IMG/VR virus record: IMGVR_UViG_3300020137_000036
Location: 1-36,662 of that record
Direction: 5' to 3' (one strand)
DNA: 36,662 nt
DNA from: a virus
Taxonomy: Duplodnaviria > Caudoviricetes
A program made the position numbers and the translations under genes. Below are positions 1 through 8,576 of this stretch, one piece after another. Within the stretch, counting starts at the first letter, position 1; each line of letters begins with the position of its first letter. Below the pieces are notes generated by a model that worked only from the letters and a program-made list of their open reading frames with translations, did not search any database and had not been told where the DNA came from.

Positions 1-582
1 ATGGCCACCAGGCTCACCACCGCAGAGGTCCTCGAGCACCTCGCCCGCACGTGGTCGCTGACGATCGAGCCCGCGACCTGGCGCAGCTACGTCGCCCGCG
101 GGCAGGCCCCGCGCCCCGACGACACCGTCGGACGGACGCCGCTGTGGTCGCCCGCCACGATCGACGAGTGGGCGGAGGGCCGACCCGGCCAGGGCGCCCG
201 GACCGACCGGCCCATCGTGCGCCACGACGACAACGTCTCGCTCGTGCACCGCGCGCACGCCGCCGAGCTCGTCGAGGTCGTGCGACGCACGACCCTGGTC
301 GGGCAGGACGCGTGGGGCGTCGAGCACCGCGTCCCCGTCGCCTGGCGCGCCCAGATCGTCGGGGGAGCGATGCTCGCCCAGGAGAACGTCGGGCGCGTGC
401 CCGTCGTCTGGCTCGACACCCCGCCCTGCCGACTCGTCCGCTCCTTCGGCGGCGGCCTCGACATCGCGACGAACGTCGTCCGAGTGACCGGCGACCGCCA
501 GGAGATCGTCGAGGGTCGCCAGGTGGACAGCGACGGTGACCTCGACGAGGGCTGCTTCACCGCCGGTGACCTCCCCCTCTGA
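1..582 (+). CDS. AlpA/MerR-like HTH DNA-binding protein with an unknown C-terminal domain
   Basis: N-terminal LTTAEV...TWRSYVARGQAPRPD..VGRTPLWSPATIDEW..RPGQG resembles small actinophage HTH proteins; the remaining ~120 aa are not recognised. Confidence 0.65.
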   Translation: MATRLTTAEVLEHLARTWSLTIEPATWRSYVARGQAPRPDDTVGRTPLWSPATIDEWAEGRPGQGARTDRPIVRHDDNVSLVHRAHAAELVEVVRRTTLVGQDAWGVEHRVPVAWRAQIVGGAMLAQENVGRVPVVWLDTPPCRLVRSFGGGLDIATNVVRVTGDRQEIVEGRQVDSDGDLDEGCFTAGDLPL

Positions 583-588
583 CACGAA

Positions 589-631
589 CGAACGGCCCCC
601 GCACCTGCCGAAGCAGGGCGGGGGCCGTTCG
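589..631. terminator. Hairpin between convergent genes, probable bidirectional terminator
   Basis: CGAACGGCCCCCGC-a-CCTGC-cgaa-GCAGG-GCGGGGGCCGTTCG: 14-bp plus 5-bp stems, lying between the stop at 582 (+) and the stop at 649 (-). Confidence 0.8.
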
Positions 632-648
632 CGTGTGCGGGGCGGGCG

Positions 649-903
649 TCAGCGTGTGGGTCGGTACGCGACCCCGAGCCCGCCGGCGACGAGGCCCGCG
701 ACCGACGTGACGACGCCACCGGTCGCGACGACGCGCGTCGCGGTGTCCGCGGCGAGCCAGATCGGCGCGAGCCCGGTCGCAAGGAGTACGAGCGCCGAGC
801 ACCCGAGCAGCACGAAGTACGCGGCCGCGCGCACACGCGGGGAGACCGTCGGGGGGATCGGCGGCTCGGTGTCGTCGAGCGTGTCCATCTGCTCAGTGGT
901 CAT
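649..903 (-). CDS. Holin-like two-TM membrane protein
   Basis: 84 aa with two hydrophobic helices; SPRVRAAAY motif; last gene of lysis cassette; GAAGGGA RBS. Confidence 0.7.
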   Translation of the reverse strand: MTTEQMDTLDDTEPPIPPTVSPRVRAAAYFVLLGCSALVLLATGLAPIWLAADTATRVVATGGVVTSVAGLVAGGLGVAYRPTR

Positions 904-918
904 GGTGCGGTCCCTTCG

Positions 919-1257
919 TCAGAGCGTGGTCGGTCGGGGCGGCGGTGGGGGTTCGCGACGCCGGTAGATGTGGTCGATGAGCTGTCGGTTCCACGCCTGC
1001 TCGAGCGCGTACTCCCGCTCGAGCGCGGTCACACGGGTGCGGGTGTCGGCGAGCTCCTCCTGGATCTGGTCGATCAGGCCGTCACGGTCCGCGATCGTGT
1101 CGCGTCGAGCGGCCGCCTCGTCGGCGCGCGCCTCACGCTCGTCGCCGCGGACACCGAGCTTCCAGGAGACCGTCGAGGTGATCGCGGCCGTGATAACCGA
1201 CGACGACAGGACCGCGGCGATCAGGAGGAGGACGGTCTCAGCATCCACACGCGTCAC
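919..1257 (-). CDS. Lysis-cassette membrane protein (N-terminal TM plus coiled coil)
   Basis: GTG start overlaps upstream TGA (GTGA, 1254-1257); TM LLLIAAVLSSSVITAAI, coiled coil, C-terminal LIDHIYRRREPPPPPRP. Confidence 0.75.
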   Translation of the reverse strand: MTRVDAETVLLLIAAVLSSSVITAAITSTVSWKLGVRGDEREARADEAAARRDTIADRDGLIDQIQEELADTRTRVTALEREYALEQAWNRQLIDHIYRRREPPPPPRPTTL

Positions 1258-1694
1258 CCCGTGGTGCGCGTGCGCAGCGCCGCGGCCGACGTGCGGATCG
1301 CGAACACGGTCAGGTCCAGGCCCCGCAGGACGCACGCGAGCGCGGCGATCGTCATGCCCGCGGCCGGTGCGATGCGCACGGCGACGTCGTCGACCGTCGC
1401 CCACACCGCGACCGCGCGGGCCGCGAGCGCGAGGGACAGTGCGCACGTCGCGATGTACTCCCAGCGCCACCGCCACGTGAGGGTCGCGACGCATCCGACG
1501 GTGCCGGCGATGACGGCGAGCCAGCCCCACAGCTGCAGGGCGGGCAGGCCGACCGCGTCGCGGATCACGGGGGACGTCGCGATGAGGTCACCGACGCCCA
1601 TCGCGACCCCGAGGGCGTACAGCGTCGCGCGTAGGACCCGGCCGATGATCCGCGCCCACTGGGGGAGCTGGCGGTCCGGGGACATGACCGTCAC
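1254..1694 (-). CDS. Four-TM lysis-cassette membrane protein (holin-like)
   Basis: 146 aa with four hydrophobic segments; coupled to the endolysin stop. Confidence 0.7.
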   Translation of the reverse strand: MTVMSPDRQLPQWARIIGRVLRATLYALGVAMGVGDLIATSPVIRDAVGLPALQLWGWLAVIAGTVGCVATLTWRWRWEYIATCALSLALAARAVAVWATVDDVAVRIAPAAGMTIAALACVLRGLDLTVFAIRTSAAALRTRTTG

Positions 1695-2410
1695 GACGGG
1701 TCGTCGAGGACGGACTCGGCGATGAGACGCTTCTCGAGGTTCTCGCAGTCGACGAGCGGGAGCACGACGACCGGGACCCCGGACGCCTTGAAGGCCTCCC
1801 AGCCCTCACGGGTGAGGCCGGTCACCCGGTCACCGGTCAAGAGGCGGTACTTGCTCCGACCCCAGATGTAGAGCCTCATGGTCTCGTCGTCCTCTCCTCG
1901 GACCGGCTCTGGTGCCGGTGGGGTCGTGACCGCCGCGACGAAGCGCGCGACGTCGGCCGGCGTGCGGCCCTTGGCGATGTCGAAGTGCATGGCGTCACGG
2001 AAGCCCGACGGGTAGTCGAGGCCCCACGCGAACAGCCCGTCGGCGCGCGCGAGGATCGAGCGGATCGCCGCGACCTGCGCAGCGGTCCAGCCCGACCGGT
2101 ACCGGGTGCCGCGCTGCGACGCGGGCAGGTGGAGCTCGTACGGGTGCTGCCCGCCGTTCACGTCGATCGCGGTCCCGCTCATGTGGTTCGACCCCGCCGC
2201 GCCGCCGAAGCGCGCGTTGTCCGCGGCCGACCGCCACCCGTTGACCACCGTGACGGGCTCGACCCGCGTGTGGATCTCCCGCACGAGCCACGACAGCGCG
2301 CGCTCGACGTCGCCGCGCAGCACGAGCACGCCGTCGCGGTCGGCGGCCAGGTAGACGCGCGTGACGGCGGCCGATGCGACGACCGGCCAGCCGTTGTTCG
2401 TCGTCGTCAT
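1691..2410 (-). CDS. Endolysin (lysin A), M15-family Zn peptidase with C-terminal domain
   Basis: Start MTTTNNGWP (ATGA overlap at 2407-2410); motifs GWR, SNHMSGTAIDVN, DAMHFD; Pro/acidic linker. Confidence 0.9.
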   Translation of the reverse strand: MTTTNNGWPVVASAAVTRVYLAADRDGVLVLRGDVERALSWLVREIHTRVEPVTVVNGWRSAADNARFGGAAGSNHMSGTAIDVNGGQHPYELHLPASQRGTRYRSGWTAAQVAAIRSILARADGLFAWGLDYPSGFRDAMHFDIAKGRTPADVARFVAAVTTPPAPEPVRGEDDETMRLYIWGRSKYRLLTGDRVTGLTREGWEAFKASGVPVVVLPLVDCENLEKRLIAESVLDDPS

Positions 2411-2550
2411 CGCGGGTACCCCCGACCCGACTCCGGGACCGGGGCCGTCCCACCACCACCCGAGCCGCCGTTGACGACGACACCCGGCATGGGGTGCGGT
2501 GCGCCAGGCGTCATGCCGGGGCCGATGGATATCCACTGAGTGACGGCCAT
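2407..2550 (-). CDS. 47-aa Gly/Pro-rich microprotein (tail-associated?)
   Basis: MAVTQWISIGPG...PESGRGYPR; start overlaps the upstream stop (TGATG) and its stop overlaps the endolysin start (ATGA). Confidence 0.6.
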   Translation of the reverse strand: MAVTQWISIGPGMTPGAPHPMPGVVVNGGSGGGGTAPVPESGRGYPR

Positions 2551-3488
2551 CAGGACTCCCAGATGATCGCGGGCCAGCATGCCGCAGGCGATGAGCTCTT
2601 GTTGCCGCACACGACCAGTCCGCCGTTGTTGTTGAAGAAGGTCCATGCGCGGTACGTGCGGGTCTCTCCGTTGATCGTGGCGGCCTGGATCACCGACGTG
2701 GACCCTGCATCCCCGGGGTGCACGGCCACAAGGACGTTCGACACCCACGGCTCGACCCCAGGGGCGACGCACGCGATCGGCAGCACCGGGGCCACGACGC
2801 CGTCCTGCGACAGGGTCGACGCGTCAGACGCGCTCGACCCGTTGATCGTGTACGGCAGCGCAGCGGACAGGTAGGCCGAGTCCGCGCACTTCACCGCGCC
2901 GGGGGTGCCGCCGTTGCCGATGACGCGGACGATCCCGCCCGTGGTGGCTCCGAACGCGATCAGGAGCGCCCCGTCGGTCGGGGCGCCAGCGTTGTCGCGG
3001 GACCGCTCGATCGCAAGGAACGCGGTCCCCGTGTTGGTGTACCCCGACCACAGAGCCAGGCAGATCCCGGCGCCGTCACACGAGCCGTAGGAGGGAAACT
3101 CCGACGAACTCCCGTAGGCAGTCGCCGTGGCCGCGTTGGGCGTGCGAGCCAGCAGCACCCCGGTGATCGTCCCCGAACCGTTCGACCCCTGACCCACCGT
3201 CACCCAGATGACGGGGACGTTGTTCGTCGCGGAGCTGCCGCGCCCGTACTCGACCTTTACGAAGACGGGGCACGCCGACTGCAGCGCGTCGTTCATCCGG
3301 AAGATCTCATAGCCGCCAGCCGTCACCGTGGTCCCAGGGACGGTCATCGTCGCAAGATTCGCCTGACCGGTGTCCGAGGTCTGCACCCACCCGCAGCCGA
3401 CGAACGCATCGTGGACGCCCTGCGCCCACTTCCGGAACGCGACATCGGAGCTGATGTCCGGTGCGCTCATCCACGAGAAGGTGCTCAC
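2550..3488 (-). CDS. Minor tail / putative receptor-binding protein
   Basis: GTGA-coupled start at 3488; Gly/Ser/Thr/Ala-rich, beta-type sequence (GWVQTSDTGQ, GYEIFRMNDALQ, PVFVKVEYG); last large tail gene. Confidence 0.65.
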   Translation of the reverse strand: MSTFSWMSAPDISSDVAFRKWAQGVHDAFVGCGWVQTSDTGQANLATMTVPGTTVTAGGYEIFRMNDALQSACPVFVKVEYGRGSSATNNVPVIWVTVGQGSNGSGTITGVLLARTPNAATATAYGSSSEFPSYGSCDGAGICLALWSGYTNTGTAFLAIERSRDNAGAPTDGALLIAFGATTGGIVRVIGNGGTPGAVKCADSAYLSAALPYTINGSSASDASTLSQDGVVAPVLPIACVAPGVEPWVSNVLVAVHPGDAGSTSVIQAATINGETRTYRAWTFFNNNGGLVVCGNKSSSPAACWPAIIWES

Positions 3489-4339
3489 GCTGTCGCTCCC
3501 GTCTGCACCCACGTCAGGGTGACGTCGACCGGGCCACCGTCGACCCGGTAGTAGATCTGCTCCTCAGACGCGCCGTACGCGCCGTCGACCGGACGCTCCA
3601 AGTCCGTGCCCGCGCCGGTCGCCTGGTAGTCGTACAAGAGGCCAGCGCCCCCCAGGTACGGGTCCGTGAACACCCGCGCGGCATCCGCAGCGCGGCCCGT
3701 AGCGGTGCGGTACAGGCGCAGCCGTGCCGCACCGCTGTACGCGACCTGCAGCAGCGTGAACGCAGCCGCGAGCGTGATCGTCCCGTCGCCGTCGGCGTCC
3801 GTGATGGTCGTCGACTGGATCTGCGCGGCCGAGCCGGAGTCGCCCTGCGCGCCGCGCGGGATCGTGAACGTCAGCTCGTAGTCCGGGCCGCCCGTCACGG
3901 TGACCTCGGCGTCCGTGCCCGGTGCGCCGGTCGTGACCGTGCCGACCGTGAACGTCGGCGTGACGCCGTCTGTACCGTCAGCGCCGGGTGCGCCAGGAGT
4001 ACCGTCCTGACCGTCGACGCCATCACGACCGGGAGCGCCGTCCTGGCCCGGTGCCCCGTCCTGGCCTGGGTCGCCCTGCGGGCCGACGAGGGACGCCAGC
4101 CAGTCCTGCAGGGACCCGTCGAAGCCGTCTGCGAGCGCGAGCTCGTAGGCGGATGCACCGTCCTGTCCGTCCCGGCCGGGTGCGCCGTCGGATCCGGGGT
4201 CGCCCTTGAGGCCCTGGTCGCCCGGGTCGCCCTTCGCGCCGGGCAGGCCGCGCGGTGCGAGGACATCGACGGCGACGGCAGGGGTGATGACGACGTCGAC
4301 GGTGGCGGGGTTGCCTCCGTCGATCACGATGACGCCCAC
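3485..4339 (-). CDS. Collagen-like minor tail fibre protein
   Basis: Two Gly-X-Y runs flanking GASAYELA..GF.GS..DWLASL; TVGTVTTG...LTFTIPRG motif. Confidence 0.85.
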   Translation of the reverse strand: MGVIVIDGGNPATVDVVITPAVAVDVLAPRGLPGAKGDPGDQGLKGDPGSDGAPGRDGQDGASAYELALADGFDGSLQDWLASLVGPQGDPGQDGAPGQDGAPGRDGVDGQDGTPGAPGADGTDGVTPTFTVGTVTTGAPGTDAEVTVTGGPDYELTFTIPRGAQGDSGSAAQIQSTTITDADGDGTITLAAAFTLLQVAYSGAARLRLYRTATGRAADAARVFTDPYLGGAGLLYDYQATGAGTDLERPVDGAYGASEEQIYYRVDGGPVDVTLTWVQTGATA

Positions 4340-4340
4340 G

Positions 4341-4718
4341 TCAGGCTCCCGTCGTGGTGTTGGGGGAGATGTCGAGGGTCCCGGTGCACAGTCGGGTCAC
4401 GGTCCCGTCGTCGGCGGTGAGCTCGACGTCGAAGACGGCGGTCGTGGTGCGTGCGGACCACCCGGCGGACTCGTCGGCGGGCAGGTGCACGTCGACCGTG
4501 CCGGTGGGTCCGTCGACGGTGACGTCGGCCGTGGCTAGGAGGGTGCCGCCGAGCTTCGTGCGGACCTCGCACGCCCCGGTCACGCCGGTCAGGTCCGTGG
4601 GTGTCGTGCGCTCGTCGTCGTCGTAGAGGACGAATCGCGCTGCCGCGTCCGCGCCGGCTGCGACTCGCCACACGATCTCGTCGTCGACGAGCCCGTGCGT
4701 CCCGATCGTGATGGTCAC
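4341..4718 (-). CDS. Minor tail protein (BppU/LtfC-like Ig-fold adaptor)
   Basis: PTDLTGVTGACEVR...GTVDVHL...AVFDVEL...VTRLCTGTLDI pattern; position in tail module. Confidence 0.7.
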   Translation of the reverse strand: MTITIGTHGLVDDEIVWRVAAGADAAARFVLYDDDERTTPTDLTGVTGACEVRTKLGGTLLATADVTVDGPTGTVDVHLPADESAGWSARTTTAVFDVELTADDGTVTRLCTGTLDISPNTTTGA

Positions 4719-4719
4719 G

Positions 4720-5778
4720 TCACACCCCTGTCTGTCGCTGTCGGACCGGCCACGAGCCGGTGTGTCCGCCGTGCTGGCGTTGCCTGGTGGGCCACGAGTC
4801 CGCGCCGGGCAGGGACTGGCGCTGCCGGAGCCGCCACGACCCGCGGGTGCCGGCGTACAGGTACCGGAAGCGGGGCGGGCGGACGAGGGTCGTGAGCTCG
4901 ATCTGCTGGATCTCGGTCAGCCAGTCGACCTCGCTGGTCGGCTGGGGGAGCGCCCACAGCTGGTCCCACGGGATGACCGCGACCTCGGACTCCTGCGCGC
5001 CGATCGGGACGTCGACGTCAAGGGTCTGTGCAGCCCCGGGTGCCGCGGCGGGCAGCAGGTCGTCGTCGACGGGCTCACCATCGGGGCGCGGCCAGGTGCG
5101 CACGTCCGTCGGGGTGAGGGTCGGACGGTACGGGTCGAGCCCACCTGCGAGCTGCACGAACGCGACGCCGGGCTCCTGCAGGTCCGGGTCCGACTGCGAC
5201 TCGGGGCCCAGCGGCCCCTGACGGGTCCACCACCTCGAGACTGCTGCGCCGGGCGGCGGGTCCAGCGGTAGGGCACGGACCCCGACGTCACGCGCCGTCG
5301 GGGCGTTCGACGTGAGCCGCACGTGCAGGGTCCGGGCGAGGAGCTCGATGTTCCCCTCACCGCCGTCGACCTCGTACCCGATCGCACCCTCGGGCATCGG
5401 CTCGATCGGCAGGGTCGGGGCATCCGGCTCGAGGAAGAACAGGGTCGGACCGTGCAGGTCCATGACGGTCGCCGGGTCCGGGTACGCCGGGTGGTCGACC
5501 GTCGTGTACCGGTGGAGCCGGAATCGACCCGAGTGCTGCCACCGGTCGCCCGGACCGCCCGCGGAGTCCGGTCGCCACGTGTAGAACGTCGAGAACGGCG
5601 TCGTGGACGCCAGACCCGCACCCGACAGGTTGTAGGTCACCACGCCGTCGAGCGGCTCACCGGTGCCGGGAGGCTCCGTGCCCGTCTGCTCGAACCGGGC
5701 GACCAGCTGACGTGCCCCGGTCATCTGCGTCGGCAGGTCCTGCGGCGGGGTGTCGATCCACGGCCCCCAGAACGACAT
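4720..5778 (-). CDS. Minor tail protein with three C-terminal SWxxRQRQ repeats
   Basis: ATG at 5778 overlaps the upstream TGA (TGATG); located in tail module. Confidence 0.65.
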   Translation of the reverse strand: MSFWGPWIDTPPQDLPTQMTGARQLVARFEQTGTEPPGTGEPLDGVVTYNLSGAGLASTTPFSTFYTWRPDSAGGPGDRWQHSGRFRLHRYTTVDHPAYPDPATVMDLHGPTLFFLEPDAPTLPIEPMPEGAIGYEVDGGEGNIELLARTLHVRLTSNAPTARDVGVRALPLDPPPGAAVSRWWTRQGPLGPESQSDPDLQEPGVAFVQLAGGLDPYRPTLTPTDVRTWPRPDGEPVDDDLLPAAAPGAAQTLDVDVPIGAQESEVAVIPWDQLWALPQPTSEVDWLTEIQQIELTTLVRPPRFRYLYAGTRGSWRLRQRQSLPGADSWPTRQRQHGGHTGSWPVRQRQTGV

Positions 5779-8576
5779 CAGTCCGCCCCAGGCCAGAACC
5801 GGCCCTGCACCCAGCACCCCGACGACGCGATCGTCGCGACCCACAGCCACGGCGAGCGCTCCGTCGCGTACTCCCACGACGCGTCGTCGACGAACCGGCC
5901 CGTCGCCGGGGCGTCACCCGAACCCGCCGGCGTCGCGTACGAGCGCGGGTAGTACCCGCACGGCTGCTCACGCCACCCCCACGCCATCACCAGGCCCGCG
6001 GCCGCGAGCGCGTCGGCGTTCTCGTCCCACGGGTTGTCCTCCGCGGTCAGGGGGTTCCCGACGAGGGTGAGGAGCTGCGCGGCCGTGACCGGTTCGTTGA
6101 ACACCGCGGTGACGAACGGGACAGCGGGGCCGCTGGTGGTGAGCTCGGTGCGCACGATCTGCCCGTACCGGCCGAACGGGACCGGGACGACGGACCACAG
6201 ACCCCCGAACAGGGCGTGGCGGGGGAGGTGACCGGCGGGGGACTCCGCGTCGAACGTCGCACGCGCCTCCGTGACCGTCCCGCGCTGCAGGCGCCGGATC
6301 ACGGCCTTCGCGGGGTCCGTCGCGTTGCGGTCCCGGTCGCGGATCGCCTCGAGCGTCGGGTAGTCGCGGGCGTTCGTGTCGACCGTCAGCACGACGCGCT
6401 CCTCGTCATAGGCGACGTGCGCGACGTGCACCACGATCGACGACACCCCACGGAAGCCCCGGACGCGCACGTTGTCGCCCTCACGGATCTGGTAGCGGGA
6501 GCCCTCCGCGGGGTCGAGGGTCAGGGTGACCTGACCGGACCAGCCCGGCTCGATCGTGCGGGTCAGCATCTCCCGGGCGGCGCGCTTCCCGTCCGCCTTG
6601 GACACACCCTGACCGAAGTCGACCTTGTCCTCGACGCGCAGCACACTCTCGTCGTAGGTCGGGTTGGGGCCGGCGTCGGTGCCGTCCGCGTCGTAGCGGC
6701 GCGGGACGACCGTGTCCGACCACGCCAGCGGCAGGAAGAACGCGTCGAGAGTCCCGACGTGGCTACCGGTCCCGAACGTCGCCGCCCACGTCTGCGGGCC
6801 GACGAGCCCGTCACGGGTGATGCCCGCGGCCTTCTGGATCTCGAACGTACGCGCCCGGTCGTCCTGGGAGAACCGGCCCGTGACGGGCTGCCCGGCCTTC
6901 GCCTGCCAGTCCGACACCCCCGTGCCCGTGCTCGTCGACGCATCCGTCGTCCCCACCGTGAACCCCGAGCTCAACGACCCCGGGTAGGTCGGCGTCTCAT
7001 CCGGATGCCAGCCCGGGTACACGGCGTTGCGCCACCGGCCACCCTGCGGCGAGACCCCCTCGCCGTAGATGACGTTCGTCGCCTGCGACCAGTCCTGCGC
7101 CATGTCGACGACCACACCACGCTGACCCGCCCGCACCGTCCACGCGACCGTCGTCGTGTCCTTCAGGACGATCTGCGGGGTCCGCTCGTCGCACCGCACC
7201 GTCCACTGCCGGCCACCCTGCACGGCCGTCGCCAGGAGCTGCTGCACGAACCCCAGCACCCGCGGCTCCCACCCGCCAGCGACACCTGTCGGGATCCCGA
7301 CCACCCGCGGCTCGCAGCGTGCCGTGCGACGCGACACCGCCGAGTTCAGGACGTCCGCGATCACCGGGCCCACATCCCGCGGCTGCGGGTCGAACGCCGG
7401 CGCCCGCAGCTGCAGGTCCGACACCATCACCGGGCCACGGCACGACACCACGAACTCACCCGTGTCCTGCACACGCCCGAACTTGTCCACCACACCCAGC
7501 CACGCCGTCGACGTCGACCCGTCCCACAGCCGCCACCGCAGACGCACCCACGCACCCGGCCGGCACCACGACGGGTCAGCCTCGAACTGCGACACCTGCG
7601 GGAACGTGAGCGTCGCGTCGATGCACCCGAACGGCTCCGCCCGCGACCACGACGGCATCGGGGTCCGCACACCCGCCCACGTCGTGACATCCACGTCGTC
7701 GACGAGGATCTGCAGCGACGCCCACGGCTCCTGCACGACCTCGTCCGGCACCCAACCCACCGGGAAACCCGCATCGTCCAGCGTCGGGGCGTCCATCACC
7801 TCCGACACCCGCCACACCACCTGCGGGTCCGACACCGACACCGGCACCACCGGATCCGGCAGCACCGTCGGCGGTGTCGGCGCACCACCCGGCGTCGCCG
7901 CCGGCAGGACCGGCGGCTCGTACCAGTCGTCCACCGTCAGCACGACCGACCCGGCCACGTCGAAGCCACCCGCCGCGGACACCTCGACAGCGGCACCGCC
8001 AGCGAACGGCGCCAGGAGATCCAGCGAGAGCTGCTGAGCGTCCGCGAGCGCGACCGTCTCCTGCCACACCGCCGCGTAGAACAGCACGCCACCCGACGCG
8101 GACTGCAGGTACGTGAAGCTCGTCTCGGGGGCGGTCGCGCCCGTGCCCGTGCCGACGACGACCCCGTCGCACACCAGCGCGACGTCGTCACCATCGGACC
8201 ACAGCACCCACGCGTGCAGGTCCTCGTCCAGGGTCGGCCAGTCGACCTCGACCCCGAAGATCAGCGCGTGCGCGTCGAGCATCCGCAGCGGACCCGTGTG
8301 CTCCCACGGCATGCGGTGCAGCTCGCCCAGGCGGCACACCACACCCGCGACCGCGGCCGACGAGCCCAACGTCGACGGGCCAGCAGTGTCCACCATGAAC
8401 GCGACCGCGGCCGACAGGTCGAGTGCCGGGTGACCGTCGACGGTCGTGCGCGTCGGCGCCGAGTCCGGGCCCGCGACCGACACCAACGTCACGTCGCCGG
8501 CGTCGAGCTCGAGGACCGGGCCCGCGGGGATCAGCGCCGGGTCGATCACGTGGACCGGCGTCGTCGACATGCTCAC
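5778..8576 (-). CDS. Large tail-tip/hub protein (Tal-like) with an internal peptidoglycan-binding domain
   Basis: 932 aa, third gene after tape measure; WLGVV, QATNVIYGEG hub-like motifs; QKAAGITRDGLVGPQTWAA PG_binding_1 signature. Confidence 0.8.
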   Translation of the reverse strand: MSMSTTPVHVIDPALIPAGPVLELDAGDVTLVSVAGPDSAPTRTTVDGHPALDLSAAVAFMVDTAGPSTLGSSAAVAGVVCRLGELHRMPWEHTGPLRMLDAHALIFGVEVDWPTLDEDLHAWVLWSDGDDVALVCDGVVVGTGTGATAPETSFTYLQSASGGVLFYAAVWQETVALADAQQLSLDLLAPFAGGAAVEVSAAGGFDVAGSVVLTVDDWYEPPVLPAATPGGAPTPPTVLPDPVVPVSVSDPQVVWRVSEVMDAPTLDDAGFPVGWVPDEVVQEPWASLQILVDDVDVTTWAGVRTPMPSWSRAEPFGCIDATLTFPQVSQFEADPSWCRPGAWVRLRWRLWDGSTSTAWLGVVDKFGRVQDTGEFVVSCRGPVMVSDLQLRAPAFDPQPRDVGPVIADVLNSAVSRRTARCEPRVVGIPTGVAGGWEPRVLGFVQQLLATAVQGGRQWTVRCDERTPQIVLKDTTTVAWTVRAGQRGVVVDMAQDWSQATNVIYGEGVSPQGGRWRNAVYPGWHPDETPTYPGSLSSGFTVGTTDASTSTGTGVSDWQAKAGQPVTGRFSQDDRARTFEIQKAAGITRDGLVGPQTWAATFGTGSHVGTLDAFFLPLAWSDTVVPRRYDADGTDAGPNPTYDESVLRVEDKVDFGQGVSKADGKRAAREMLTRTIEPGWSGQVTLTLDPAEGSRYQIREGDNVRVRGFRGVSSIVVHVAHVAYDEERVVLTVDTNARDYPTLEAIRDRDRNATDPAKAVIRRLQRGTVTEARATFDAESPAGHLPRHALFGGLWSVVPVPFGRYGQIVRTELTTSGPAVPFVTAVFNEPVTAAQLLTLVGNPLTAEDNPWDENADALAAAGLVMAWGWREQPCGYYPRSYATPAGSGDAPATGRFVDDASWEYATERSPWLWVATIASSGCWVQGRFWPGAD

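Noticed and set aside
3830-4250. Tandem 9-bp-like repeats
   Set aside because: Explained by ordinary Gly-X-Y collagen coding
2407-8576. Diversity-generating retroelement or invertible tail-fibre shufflon
   Set aside because: No reverse transcriptase, no TR/VR pair, no invertase or inverted crossover sites seen
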